Source: Candidatus Sericytochromatia bacterium
GTDB taxonomy: Bacteria > Cyanobacteriota > Sericytochromatia > S15B-MN24 > VGJW01
Length of the DNA: 64,000 nucleotides
Reading direction: 5' to 3'
NCBI GenBank assembly: GCA_035285595.1
Contig: JAYKGV010000016.1
Span: 19,947-83,946 of the forward strand
In this document: one piece after another, positions 1 to 10,000 of the stretch
Position numbering within the stretch: the stretch's first letter is position 1
Layout: each line of letters starts with the position of its first letter
The notes under the pieces: generated by a model
What the model was told of the DNA's origin: nothing
The model's database searches: none
What the model saw: only the letters and a program-made list of their open reading frames with translations
Program-made: the position numbers and the translations under genes

Positions 1-58
1 GAAGAACGGCCACCGTCAGCCCTACACCCGGGTTCTGATCGAGGCCATCAAGGCCTGA
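1..58 (+). CDS. rplU: 50S ribosomal protein L21, C-terminal fragment (gene starts upstream of window)
   Basis: Frame 2 reads ...[18 protein letters not shown], matching the conserved L21 C-terminus (GHRQ-F/YT-V-I). It sits directly upstream of L27, as in the conserved rplU-rpmA pair. Confidence 0.7.
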   Translation, partial: KNGHRQPYTRVLIEAIKA

Positions 59-88
59 TTCGAGAAAGTACCAGAGGAGCAATACGTC

Positions 89-355
89 ATGGCACATAAG
101 AAGGGCGTCGGCAGCACGCGCAACGGGCGCGACAGCAACTCCAAGCGCTTGGGTGTAAAGAAGTTCGGCGGGGAGTTTGTCCTGGCCGGCAACATCATCA
201 TGCGGCAGCGTGGGACCCGCATTCTCGCGGGTGACAACGTCGGCGTCGGGCGTGATCACACGCTGTACGCGCTGGTCCCTGGTCACGTGGCGTTCCAGCG
301 CTCGGGTGCCGATCGCAAGAAGGTCTCCGTTCTTCCTCTGACCGTCGAAGCCTGA
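89..355 (+). CDS. rpmA: 50S ribosomal protein L27
   Basis: 88-aa product [62 protein letters not shown]... is a near-canonical L27 sequence. Confidence 0.95.
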   Translation: MAHKKGVGSTRNGRDSNSKRLGVKKFGGEFVLAGNIIMRQRGTRILAGDNVGVGRDHTLYALVPGHVAFQRSGADRKKVSVLPLTVEA

Positions 356-367
356 GTCCGGAGACAC

Positions 368-412
368 CGAGGGCCCACGCCGGCAAGGCAGTGGGCCCTC
401 GGTTCTACTTTG
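368..412. terminator. Intrinsic terminator-like GC hairpin between convergent rpmA and the 426-1049 gene (possibly bidirectional)
   Basis: cgagggcccac-gccggcaaggca-gtgggccctcg is an 11-bp perfect stem with a 12-nt loop, followed by ttctacttt. Confidence 0.55.
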
Positions 413-425
413 GGCGAGCTTGACG

Positions 426-1049
426 TCAGTCTTCGGTGTCGGGCGAATCGGGTTGTTGTCGACGGAGATAGTTGGCGAAGTCCGTAGCGGTGACGTTGGC
501 CACGAAGTTTCGGAAAGCTCCTTCATCTCCTTCGTCATCGGCCATGCCATGGGTCATGAGCGATCCCACGTCGATTTGCAGCAGGGCGCTTTCCGCGAGG
601 AGGGGAAGTCGGGAGGCCAAGGCGACTTGGATGGCTTCCAGTGCCGTCAGGCCAAGTCGCTGCAACTTGCCTGCGTTGTCCCGATAGACCAATGCGCCCA
701 CGATTAGTGCGCCCGATTGCAGAGTTGCCTTGATGCCGCCCAGCGGCTTCAGCTCCAGCCGCAGCGCCACCCCCCCGAGGCGTTCGATCAGGGGCACGAT
801 GCCTGTGGCCAGACGGTTGGGGCCCTGGGTGGGATCCAACGTGGCGGTCATCGCAATGATTTGCTCGAGGGCTTCGCGAGAGGTTTCGAGCACGAACCCC
901 GTGAGTTCCTTGCGTGAGCCAAGAATGAGGCCTTCCCGACGCTTCCCCTGGGGGTCCCGGGGCATCTCGAAGGCTCCCAGCAAGGCTACTCGGCGCAGTC
1001 GATGCGACACGTCAACTCCCGACAGGACACCATTCCTGTCGGGAGTCAT
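426..1049 (-). CDS. Hypothetical protein (207 aa), no confident family assignment
   Basis: Long ORF whose stop abuts the hairpin at 368-412. The hydrophobic/Ala-Leu-rich core is vaguely roadblock/GAF-like, but I could recognise no motif. Confidence 0.45.
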   Translation of the reverse strand: MTPDRNGVLSGVDVSHRLRRVALLGAFEMPRDPQGKRREGLILGSRKELTGFVLETSREALEQIIAMTATLDPTQGPNRLATGIVPLIERLGGVALRLELKPLGGIKATLQSGALIVGALVYRDNAGKLQRLGLTALEAIQVALASRLPLLAESALLQIDVGSLMTHGMADDEGDEGAFRNFVANVTATDFANYLRRQQPDSPDTED

Positions 1050-1085
1050 TTTATCACGCCGCGTTGAAGGTGTCCCTCCGACGGG

Positions 1086-1391
1086 TCACGCTTCCACGAG
1101 CAGCCGACGCTTGCGTGCGCCCTCGAGGCGCTCGCGAAGATGCTTGCCGGCGACCCAGACCGCTGCCTTGCGGGCAGGAATCTGGAGCAGGTTTCCGGTG
1201 CGCGGGTTGCGTCCTTCGCGGGCTGCACGCTCGCGGACATGGAAGGACCCGAAGCCCACCAAGGTGACTCTTTGTCCTCGGCTGAGCGCCCGAGTGATGG
1301 TGTCGAGAGCCGTGTTGAGGCAAAGGGCGATGTCTTTCTGGGGCATCCTTGTCTTTTGAGCGACGTGGCGAACGAGTTCTTCCTTGTTCAT
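1086..1391 (-). CDS. hup: HU/IHF-family nucleoid-associated DNA-binding protein
   Basis: MNKEELVRHVAQKT...TLVGFGSFHVRERAAREGRNPRTGNLLQIPARKAAVW fits the HU beta-arm consensus (GFG.F....R.AR.GRNP.TG). Start chosen at the ATG preceded by AAGGATG, not the longer ORF start at 1421. Confidence 0.85.
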   Translation of the reverse strand: MNKEELVRHVAQKTRMPQKDIALCLNTALDTITRALSRGQRVTLVGFGSFHVRERAAREGRNPRTGNLLQIPARKAAVWVAGKHLRERLEGARKRRLLVEA

Positions 1392-1553
1392 TGGGGCATC
1401 CTTGACGGAGTTGACCGCCATGAGGCGGCCGGTCGGGGTTTATTGCGTTACATTTCTTAATGAACGCATGTGGATTATCCATTGTGCCTGTGAGCGCGTC
1501 AAGCAGGCCAGAAGGTCGCGCGTGCTACCATGTCGGCCTCGGGAGGGTCCGGG

Positions 1554-2327
1554 ATGGCAGGGCATTCGAAGTGGGCGCAGATCAAGCGCACGAAGGCCAA
1601 GGTCGATGCGGCCAGAGGAGCCGTGTTCACCCGCATGTCTCGGGAGATCATCGTTGCCGCGCGACTAGGCGGGGGAGACCCTGCGGGGAACTTCCGCTTG
1701 CGGGCCGCCATGGAGGCCGCTCGCAAGGCAGGCGTACCCGGCGAGAACATCAAGCGTGCCGTGGCCAAAGGCATCGGTGTCGACGGGGCTGAAGTTCTGG
1801 AGGAGTTGCGGTACGAAGGCTATGGCCCGGGAGGAGCGGCGTTTCTTGTTCGTGCCTGTACCGACAACCGCAACCGGACAGCTGCTGACTTGCGAACCGT
1901 GTTCGGCCGACTTGGCGGCAACTTGGGCGAAACCGGTTGCGTCGGCTATATGTTTGCCGAACGAGGTGTCGTGCTTCTCTCCTCGGAGGAAGACCTCCTT
2001 CCGTCCGAGGAGGAGGTCCTCGAGGTGGCTCTTGAGGCGGGGGCAGACGATATTCGGTTGTCGACGGGAGCCTTTCTGGTGTTCTGTCCGGTGGCCGGAC
2101 TCGAATCGGTTTCCGATGCCCTGCGCGCCGCAGGATTTCCGGTCGCCTCGGTCGAGGTCCAGGATGTTCCGGATGTGCAGGTGACGGTCGAAGATCCGGA
2201 CCTAGGGCGCAAGCTGCTCCTGTTGGTCGAGCGTCTCGAGGAGCTTGACGATGTGCAGCGGGTGGCTGCGAACTTCGACCTTCCTGATGACCTGCTCGCA
2301 CGCCTGACCGCCGAAGACCAGGATTGA
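1554..2327 (+). CDS. yebC: YebC/PmpR-family transcriptional regulator
   Basis: MAGHSKWAQIKRTKAKVDAARGAVFTRMSREI...RYEGYGPGGAAFLVRACTDNRNRTAADLR are canonical YebC motifs. RBS gggaggg lies upstream of the ATG at 1554. Confidence 0.9.
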   Translation: MAGHSKWAQIKRTKAKVDAARGAVFTRMSREIIVAARLGGGDPAGNFRLRAAMEAARKAGVPGENIKRAVAKGIGVDGAEVLEELRYEGYGPGGAAFLVRACTDNRNRTAADLRTVFGRLGGNLGETGCVGYMFAERGVVLLSSEEDLLPSEEEVLEVALEAGADDIRLSTGAFLVFCPVAGLESVSDALRAAGFPVASVEVQDVPDVQVTVEDPDLGRKLLLLVERLEELDDVQRVAANFDLPDDLLARLTAEDQD

Positions 2328-3769
2328 CCGTGCGCTCACGCCGGCTCCCGGGACTGATGGCAACCGTGTTCCTGTGGATGTCGCCGGACGTGCGGCTGGC
2401 CGCTGCGGCGCCTGCCGTCCCGGGCGAAACGCTCATCCGGCAGGTCGGCCCCGAGGGGGTGACGATGCAGCTGCCAACGGGAGTTCAAGGCCGGCTCTTC
2501 CGGTTGCCCGGCGATCGTTGGGTCCTCGACTTGTCACCGGCGCGTTGGCCCACCGGGGCGTCGAGGCTCCTGGACGTGGGACCGGGGCGCCGGATCAGGC
2601 TCGGGCAGTGGCGACCGACGGTGGCGCGGCTTGTCCTCGAAGGCCATGGCCCCACCCCGCCGCTCTGGGTGTTGCGATCTCACCGGGATGGCCAACACGG
2701 TACTCTGCGTTGGTCTCTTCCCCGTGGCCGACATGCCGTGGCTGCAGGGAAGCCCACGCCAGGCCCTCGGCCCTCGCCAAAGTCAGCACCTGCGGCACGT
2801 CAGCAGCAAGTCGTGGTTCGTGACCCCAAGGGTCCTGACGAGGGCAGGGAAGAAGCGCGTGTGGCTCCTGAACCTGGCGTCACCCTGAGACGGGTCGGCC
2901 CACTCTGGTTGGTGCGCTTGACGGCGGATCGCACGACGCGTTACCGACTCGCGCGCCGAGGGCAGCGTCAGCGTTTGCACGTGACGACAGAGGGTGGCAA
3001 GGTGCCGCTCGCAGCCCCGCGTACCTTGGCAGATGCCGGATTTGACTTCAGGATCGAGACGGCCAGTTCCTCCGCCGACGGGACCGAGCTGGTGCTGCAG
3101 TGGCCTGCCACCTACCGTTACGAGGCTTTGCAGACGGCGGATGGTCTATCCCTCGTGCTTGGCTTCCAAGAACCTGGCGAGGCGCGCGACCGGCCTTGGC
3201 GGGTGACGGTCGACGCAGGACACGGGGGAGCGGATCCTGGCACCCGGGGATATTACGGGGATGCCGAGAAAACCCTCGCGCTCGAGTTGGCCCAGGCCTT
3301 GGCTCGGGCCCTCGAGAAGCGAGGGGCCCTGGTGCAGGCGACGCGTCAGTCGGACCAGACCTTGTCCTTGCACGGGCGAGTGGACATGGGGGAAGAGTTT
3401 CGATCGGACGCACTGGTGAGCATTCATCTGAACCACGCAGGCAAGCTTGGGACACATGGGGTCGAGACTTACTGGTACACGCCTTTCAGTACGATGCTGG
3501 CGCGACGTGTCCACCGCCGCCTCGTCGAGGCACTGAGAGCCCCGGACCGAGGCGTGCATCGGGAGAATTTCGTGGTGGTCAAGTATGGTCGTTTCCCTGC
3601 CTGTCTCGTGGAGGTCGGGTACATGTCGCATCCCGGGGAGGCACGGCTACTGAAGGATCCTTCCTATCAGCAGAGGGCGGCGGAAGGTATGGCGCGGGGC
3701 ATCCTCGAGGCTCTCGAGAGTACGAGATCCGCAGGAAGGAGAGGCAACGGTGACCGACGACAGCGCTGA
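2324..3769 (+). CDS. N-acetylmuramoyl-L-alanine amidase (Amidase_3 catalytic domain at C-terminus, N-terminal secreted/AMIN-like region)
   Basis: The C-terminal half carries DAGHGGADPGTRGYYG...EKTLALELA...ALVSIHLNHAG...ETYWYTP...VEVGYMSHPGEARLL, typical of AmiA/AmiC amidases. The start is uncertain: TTG at 2324 overlaps the yebC stop, and an alternative ATG lies at 2357. Confidence 0.8.
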   Translation: MTVRSRRLPGLMATVFLWMSPDVRLAAAAPAVPGETLIRQVGPEGVTMQLPTGVQGRLFRLPGDRWVLDLSPARWPTGASRLLDVGPGRRIRLGQWRPTVARLVLEGHGPTPPLWVLRSHRDGQHGTLRWSLPRGRHAVAAGKPTPGPRPSPKSAPAARQQQVVVRDPKGPDEGREEARVAPEPGVTLRRVGPLWLVRLTADRTTRYRLARRGQRQRLHVTTEGGKVPLAAPRTLADAGFDFRIETASSSADGTELVLQWPATYRYEALQTADGLSLVLGFQEPGEARDRPWRVTVDAGHGGADPGTRGYYGDAEKTLALELAQALARALEKRGALVQATRQSDQTLSLHGRVDMGEEFRSDALVSIHLNHAGKLGTHGVETYWYTPFSTMLARRVHRRLVEALRAPDRGVHRENFVVVKYGRFPACLVEVGYMSHPGEARLLKDPSYQQRAAEGMARGILEALESTRSAGRRGNGDRRQR

Positions 3770-4049
3770 GAGGGGTACGGAGGCATTGTCTGATGACCCC
3801 TTGGTAGCCAAGGTGTTGACCGCACTCGTGCTGGCCGCGGCCTTGATGCTCGGTGGGCTCGGCACCTGGGCCTGGGTCCATCGTCCACGCTCCGCCCCGG
3901 ACCTGACTACGGGGGGATCCGGTGCCCAGACGTTCCGTCTTGAGGCGCCGGAGGACGGCCCCGGAACCGGCGGCCATCAGGATGGACCGCCAGACCCTTC
4001 GTCGATGAACCGGAACGAGAAGGTCCGTCGGCTTTTCGGCAACATGTAG
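3750..4049 (+). CDS. Putative small membrane protein (99 aa), hypothetical
   Basis: One predicted TM helix (VLTALVLAAALMLGGLGTWAW), moderately high GC3, 20-nt overlap with the amidase 3' end. No homolog recognised. Confidence 0.3.
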   Translation: MTDDSAERGTEALSDDPLVAKVLTALVLAAALMLGGLGTWAWVHRPRSAPDLTTGGSGAQTFRLEAPEDGPGTGGHQDGPPDPSSMNRNEKVRRLFGNM

Positions 4050-4057
4050 CTGTCAGG

Positions 4058-5491
4058 TCAGGGCCTTCTGCCACCGCTGCCGTAACGTCCCCCGCCCCGT
4101 TGACCCTCTTCGGCATCTGCCGGCCGGGCCTCGTTCATGACCAGATTCCAACCGGTCATGTTGGCGAACCTCGAAGGCACGATGGCCGTGTCGACATCCT
4201 TCCGGATCTGTTCGAGGGAGACCCTGACGGCTTCGCCCGACCCTGAATCGGCCACGATTGCGAATTCGTCACCGTCTTCGTCTTGTCGAATCTCGACCAA
4301 GGTCACTTGATGGAGGACCTCTTTACCGCCTTGCTGGCCCGTCACGCTGGCCGGGACGGGGAAACCGGCGTCCAAGGCCTGACGGATCCCCCGCCACGCG
4401 AGGTCTCGGTTGATATCCGTGACCGGGACCGGAACGGCCCGATCGCCGGCCACTGCCTCGTAAAGCTTCTCGGCCTGGACCTCGGTGAGACCACCGGGCA
4501 CGCTGGCTGCACTTCGCGATGAGGCGGATGCGGTGCCCTCCGGGTCGTAGATTCCGTCCCCTCGACGTCCGCCGCCATAGGCGCCGCCGCCACGCCGGCC
4601 CCCGCCGTAGACACCGCCGCCACGGCGCCCTCCACCGTATCGGCCGCCGCCGATACCGTCGCCGTCACCTCCGTCATAGCGCTCGGCGTGCGCCATCAGG
4701 GCTTCTTGCAGAACGGCGTCGGTCGAAGAGCGACCGGACGTTTCGCCCTGCCAGTCAACGGGTGCCAGCTCGAGGAGGTCTTCGTTGGCAAGGCGCACCT
4801 TGCCTTCCCAGAGCAACCCGGTCGCCAGCCGCAGATATTCCGCGGGGTCCTGCTGGGCCATCAGGGTTTGCAAGGAAGCCACGACACACGTATTTGTCCC
4901 TTCGCCTTGGTAGACCTTGTCGGGATAGGCCACCTGGTTCACCAGATTGGCCAGTTGTCCTGCGGGTGACAGGCCACGATCCTTGAGTCCACCCGCCAAG
5001 GTGGGTGCCTGTGCTCGGGATGCCAACAGCTGCAGAATGGTTGGCGGAACATCACTTGCCCGGCCAGTCGGTGCCTTGCGCAGCAGCACACCTTCCTCGA
5101 GCAGCTTCGCCAAGGCCTGCTCCGTACCTTCGAGCGTGGCCCCCTCCAGCACCCCACCGAAGGTGCGTGCGAGCACGGCGTAACTCTCTCGATCGGGACC
5201 CGACAACTCCCTGAAGGCTTGCCTCTGAGGTCCCGACATGGCGGCCACGAACCCTTCGTGGGCCGACTTCAAGGGCACCGCGGCATTCTGCGCACGGGTC
5301 GTACGGGCTGCGAGAGTTTCTGCCGCATCGGCCTGATTGAAGCGCTTTTGAGCCTCGGCCAGCTGTTTGGCTTCTTGAATCTCTGCGGCCACCTCGAGCA
5401 TCTTGCGACTCTTGCCTTCGAGGCCCCGCTCCTGCGCGACGGGCTGCGGCCCGCCTACAAGCCCCTGCCACAGGCGTTCGGCCCAGGACAT
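4058..5491 (-). CDS. Hypothetical protein with a C39-like cysteine motif and C-terminal Gly-Arg-Tyr nonapeptide repeats; start uncertain (may extend to ~5770)
   Basis: Contains VYQGEGTNTCVVASLQTLMAQQ and a 9-aa period repeat GGGR(Y/R)GGGRRGGGVYGGGRRGGGAYGGGRRG. The 760-aa ORF in the track overlaps the divergent efflux gene, so a downstream start (ATG at 5491) was chosen. GC3 is high after 5491 and lower upstream. Confidence 0.5.
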   Translation of the reverse strand: MSWAERLWQGLVGGPQPVAQERGLEGKSRKMLEVAAEIQEAKQLAEAQKRFNQADAAETLAARTTRAQNAAVPLKSAHEGFVAAMSGPQRQAFRELSGPDRESYAVLARTFGGVLEGATLEGTEQALAKLLEEGVLLRKAPTGRASDVPPTILQLLASRAQAPTLAGGLKDRGLSPAGQLANLVNQVAYPDKVYQGEGTNTCVVASLQTLMAQQDPAEYLRLATGLLWEGKVRLANEDLLELAPVDWQGETSGRSSTDAVLQEALMAHAERYDGGDGDGIGGGRYGGGRRGGGVYGGGRRGGGAYGGGRRGDGIYDPEGTASASSRSAASVPGGLTEVQAEKLYEAVAGDRAVPVPVTDINRDLAWRGIRQALDAGFPVPASVTGQQGGKEVLHQVTLVEIRQDEDGDEFAIVADSGSGEAVRVSLEQIRKDVDTAIVPSRFANMTGWNLVMNEARPADAEEGQRGGGRYGSGGRRP

Positions 5492-5800
5492 AAGGCGGCG
5501 CAGCAGGGAGGGGGGCGAAGCTTGAGAGTCGGCCAGTGCTGGCGCAGCGGGCAGAGGAGCCGTGCGCTGGAAGGAATCCGTGGCAGCCTTGGGCAGACCA
5601 GAGGATTGGGCCGGAATCGTCTCCGCGGTGGGTGCGGGAGGAGCGATCGGGGCCGTCCCATTGATGCGCCTGACGTCGTTCAAAAGACCCAAGGTCTGGC
5701 TCCTGTCGGGAAAGCGTGGTTCGCCAATTCTTTCATGCGGTCGAAACACGGGTGCTGGACGGGGTTTTACGCGGATTTCATCATCTTTTGATTGAGCGCG

Positions 5801-5829
5801 GGACCGTCGCCCTCTGACGGTCCTACAAT
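5801..5829. promoter_or_regulatory. Inverted repeat (ggaccgtc-N7-gacggtcc) immediately followed by TACAAT, upstream of the efflux operon
   Basis: Perfect 8-bp inverted repeat at 5801-5808/5816-5823, then TACAAT at 5824-5829. An AT-richer stretch lies at 5761-5795 between two divergent genes. Candidate operator/promoter. Confidence 0.25.
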
Positions 5830-5894
5830 GGGGAGCCTGCCCCGGGGGGAGTCCCGGCCCGATGGGTCGGGGTGTCTCGAGGGAGGAGTCGCCC

Positions 5895-7034
5895 ATGTCG
5901 GCCTTCAAGGGCATTCGTGGAGCTTGGCGTGTGCTCCTCGTGGGCTGGGGCGTGTCCCAGTTGTGGGCGTGTCGTCCTTCGGAGCCTCCGGACGGGACGC
6001 CCGTGGAGGCTGAGCGTCCCGTCGCGGTCCGCATCGAGCGTCCTGTCCGACGTGAGGTGGCGAAGGAGTGGGTCCTGCAGGGGCATGTCCAACCGACCCG
6101 GGAGTGGAGAGCGGTGGCGCGCTTGGGCGGGCGCGTGGTTTCGCTTGCGCCGGAATGGATCAGGCTGACCCCCGGTGCCACTCTGGCCGTGCTCGAGGTT
6201 CCCGAGCTTGCAGGCCAGATCCAGCAGGCCAAGGCGGCGTTGGCCACGGCTGAAGCCGGTCGGGCCACCGCCGAGGCCAACCTGCGGCAGGCGCGCGATC
6301 TGGGGCGCCGCATGCAGGATCTGGCGGAAGGGCAAGTCATGAGCGACCAAGCGCGTGCCCAGGCACGAACGATGATCGACGTGGCGGAGGCGCAGCTCGC
6401 CCAGGCCAGGGCTGCCCGGCTGCAGGCGGAGGGTGCCCTGAAGACAGTGCAGGCCCAGGCCGACGAGTCTCACGTGCGCCTGCCTTCCGCCGGGGTCGTG
6501 ACCCAGCGTTTGGTCGAGCCTGGAGCCGCCGTGATGCCGGGTCAACCTCTGGCCGTGGTCGTCGAGGAGGGCACTCCGCACGTGCGGGTCGCCTTGCCCG
6601 AGCGTGCAGCCGCAGCCGTAGCGCCGGGGGCCATGGCCACGTTGGAGGCTGTCGCACTTCCCGGGGTGAAGATTCCCGCCCGGATCGAAGCGCTCGCTCC
6701 CGTGCTCGATCCAGGCACCCGCACGCGTCCCGTCCGAATCGCGCCCGTGGGGCGTCACGGCCTCAGGCCCGGCATGTCGGTTGAGGCTCGCCTGAAGGGC
6801 AAAGGCCATCAAGGATGGGTGTTGCCCCTCGGGGCGTTGGTCACCGAAGAGGGAGCGGAGGCCGTTTACGTCGTGAGGGACGGTCGTGCGGCCAAAGTCC
6901 CCGTCACCACTGGCTGGCGGGATGCCCGTCACGTCGAGATCGCCTCGGGTCTCGTGGGCGACGAAGGGGTCATTGTCCAAGGTGGAGATTTCTTGCGTAC
7001 CGGGGAGCTGGTGGCCACGGGAGACGCACGGTGA
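5895..7034 (+). CDS. RND efflux pump periplasmic adaptor subunit (membrane fusion protein, HlyD/AcrA family), probable lipoprotein
   Basis: The N-terminus has a lipobox-like LWAC. It is followed by coiled-coil segments and a beta-barrel/MP domain pattern typical of AcrA-like adaptors. RBS gggaggag lies before the ATG at 5895. Confidence 0.85.
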   Translation: MSAFKGIRGAWRVLLVGWGVSQLWACRPSEPPDGTPVEAERPVAVRIERPVRREVAKEWVLQGHVQPTREWRAVARLGGRVVSLAPEWIRLTPGATLAVLEVPELAGQIQQAKAALATAEAGRATAEANLRQARDLGRRMQDLAEGQVMSDQARAQARTMIDVAEAQLAQARAARLQAEGALKTVQAQADESHVRLPSAGVVTQRLVEPGAAVMPGQPLAVVVEEGTPHVRVALPERAAAAVAPGAMATLEAVALPGVKIPARIEALAPVLDPGTRTRPVRIAPVGRHGLRPGMSVEARLKGKGHQGWVLPLGALVTEEGAEAVYVVRDGRAAKVPVTTGWRDARHVEIASGLVGDEGVIVQGGDFLRTGELVATGDAR

Positions 7035-10000
7035 ACTTCTCGGAGCCCTTCATCCGGCGCCCTGTCCTGACGTCGATGCTGATGCTCGTGACGCTGGTCC
7101 TTGGTCTCATGGGCCTGGCGAGGCTCTCGGTCGACTTGTTCCCCGACGTGGAATTTCCGGTCGTCGTGGTGTCGGTGGCCTACCCCGGGGCCGCTCCACA
7201 AGAGGTCGAGGCGCTCGTGGCCAAGCCGATCGAAGAGGCCATTGCCGGGACGGCAGGGCTGAAGTCACTCAGCAGCACGAGCCGCGAAGGCGTGGCGATC
7301 GTGGTGGCCCAGTTTCGGCTCGATGCGAATCCCCAATCGGCGGCGGCGGATGTTCGCGACAAGGTGTCGGCACTGGGTGAGCGCTTGCCTGCCGATGCAA
7401 GGACTCCGGCCGTCCAGGTTTTCGATCCGGCCAGCGAGCCCATCATGACCTTTGCCTTTGCAGGGGGCCGCCCCGATGAGGTTTCGGTCTTCCTGCGCGA
7501 GCGTGTCCGCCCAAGGCTCGAGGCCTTGCCAGGTGTCGCCGCCGTTCGGCCTTTCGGTGACAGGACGCGCGAAGTCCAGGTGCGCCTCGAGCCTTCGCGG
7601 TTGGCGGCCGCCCGTGTCGCGCCGATGGCGATCCTCGATGCCTTGCGTGCGTGGAATCTCGACTTGCCGGGAGGGCGCATCGAGGAAGGGGGGCGCTGGC
7701 TGGCCCTGCGGACCCTCGGACGAGCCCGGACCGTCCGGGAGCTCGGCGATATCGGCGTTCGTGACATGAAGGGCGGAAGCGTACCTTTGTCCAGTGTCGC
7801 TCACGTCGAGGAGAGCTTCCGACGGCCTGTGACGGCGGCCCTCGTCGACGGCCGGCCCGCAGTGGTCTTCGGCATCGTCAAGGCGCAGGGAGCCAATGCC
7901 GTGCAGGTCGCCGCGAGGGTCCGCACCACTCTGGACGAGCTTCGTTCTGCGCTTCCAGAGGGCGTGCGTCTCGTGACGACCCGTGATCAGACAGAGTTCA
8001 TCCGGGAGGCCAATCTCTCGGTGTGGGAGCACACGGCCGTCGGGGGTCTCCTGGCCGTGGCCGTGCTTTTCTTGTTCCTGCGCAGCAAAGCGGCGACCTT
8101 CATCGGTGGACTGGCGATTCCACTCTCCATCTTCGGAACCTTCTGGTTGATGCAGTGGGCGGGATTCAGCTTCAATCAGCTCACGAACCTCGGGCTGTCG
8201 ATGGTCGTCGGCATTCTGGTCGATGATGCGGTGGTCGATCTCGAGAACGTCTGGCGACACCTCGAGCAAGGCAAGGAGCCCATCCGCGCCGCCATCGACG
8301 CGACGGCCGAGATTCAGCTTGCGGTGACAGCCACCACGCTCACCATCGTGGCCGTGTTCATTCCCGTAGCATTCATGGACGGCCTGATCGGGAAGTTTTT
8401 CGAGCAATTCGGGTGGACCGTTGCCTTTGCCGTACTTGTGTCCCTGTTGGTGGCACGTACCGTCACTCCGATGCTTTCGGCCCGCATGTTGCGTCCCGGG
8501 GCTACGGCCACCGCGACAGACCATGACACGGGCTTCGTCTGGGCCGGGCCTTATCGTCGCCTGCTCGCCTGGGCCTTGCGCTGGCGGCGTACGGTCCTGT
8601 TCGGAGCCCTGGCGGCCTTCGTGACGGGATTGGCCCTCGTGCCGTTCATCCCCAAGAGTTTTCTGGAACAGGCCGATGCGGGTGAGTTCATGCTGACCCT
8701 GAAGGCACCCAAGGGCAGTTCTCTACAAGAGACTCTGCATCTTGCGCGAGGCGTCGAGGGACTGGTCAGGGCTCGTCCAGAAGTCAAGACCGTGATGACT
8801 CAGGTCGGCTTGCGTGATCAGCCGGATCTCGCGCAGATTCACGCAGTCTTGCATCCGCGCGGCACGAGGCGTCTGCGTGATGTCGAGGTGGCTCAGGAGA
8901 TCCGGGATCGTGCCCAATCCTTGCCCGGTGTCAGGACTTCGATCATGGTCATCGGGGCGGTGGCTCAGGGTGACCAGAACTATCCCATCTATGTTCAGTT
9001 CCGTTCAGAGGACATGGGGGCACTCGCAGCCGCCACCGATCGGCTTGTGGCGGCATTGCGCCGGCATCCCGGCCTCACGGATCTGGACACCAGTCTCGGC
9101 ACGGCCCGGCCGGAGGTGCGGTTGCTGCCCGACCGGCTGCAGATGGCGGCCCGCGGTCTGAGTCCCGCGACGGTCGCCGCCACGCTGCGGCTGGCGACCG
9201 AAGGCGAGACGGCCACCTCTCTTCCGCTCGGGGGAGAGGATGTGCCGGTGCGGGTCATTCACGCTGCGACCGTGCGGGGAGATGCCTCGCGCTGGACGGA
9301 ACTCGAGGTACCGGGTACGGCAGGTCCGGTGGCGTTGGGCCAAGTCGTCGAGGTGCGGCGGGGAGCCGGCTATGCCGAGATTCAGAGGCTGGATCGTGGC
9401 CGGGTGGCCACGGTGGTCGGCAATCTTAGACCTGGCATGGCCTTGGGTGACGGGTTGGAGATCGTGGCCCGGGAGGTAAGACGCCTTGACCTTCCGCCCC
9501 ACCTCAGCGTGTCACTCGAGGGCCAGGCCAAGGACATGGCGGAGAGTTTCACGGGCCTCGTCCAGGCCCTTGGCCTGGCCATCCTGTTCATCTATGTGAT
9601 TCTTGCCGTCCAGTTCGAGTCGTTTCTGCATCCGTTCACCATCATGCTCTCGTTGCCCCTGTCGGTGGTGGGAGCCTTCTGGGCCCTGTTCGTCTCGGGG
9701 ACCGAGCTGGGGATTACGGCGATGATTGGCGTGATCATGCTGATGGGCATCGTGACCAAGAACGCTATCTTGTTGGTCGATGTCACCCTGACCTATCGCG
9801 CAAGAGGCATGAGCGTGGAAAATGCCTTGCTGGCAGCGGCACCCGTGCGATTGCGACCGATCTTGATGACCACGGCGGCCATGGTGATGGGCATGCTACC
9901 CATGGCCTTTCGCCTGGGCGCGGGAAGCGAGTACCGTTATCCCATGGCCATCGTGGTCATCGGTGGCTTGATCGTGAGCACCTTGTTGACCTTGCTGGTC

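Noticed and set aside
5219-5791. 190-aa plus-strand ORF
   Set aside because: It is antisense to the better-supported minus-strand gene, has a Gly/Arg-rich composition typical of out-of-frame high-GC translation, and has no motif.
4058-6340. 760-aa minus-strand ORF in the supplied track
   Set aside because: The upstream third is Arg/Ser/Pro-rich with lower GC3, and it overlaps the start and promoter of the divergent efflux adaptor gene on the other strand. It was truncated to the conserved-looking portion (start ~5491, possibly up to ~5770).
7265-8524. 419-aa minus-strand ORF, plus several 100-200-aa ORFs between 6337 and 10225
   Set aside because: They lie entirely antisense to the RND adaptor and pump genes, which have unambiguous family signatures. 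These are high-GC shadow ORFs.
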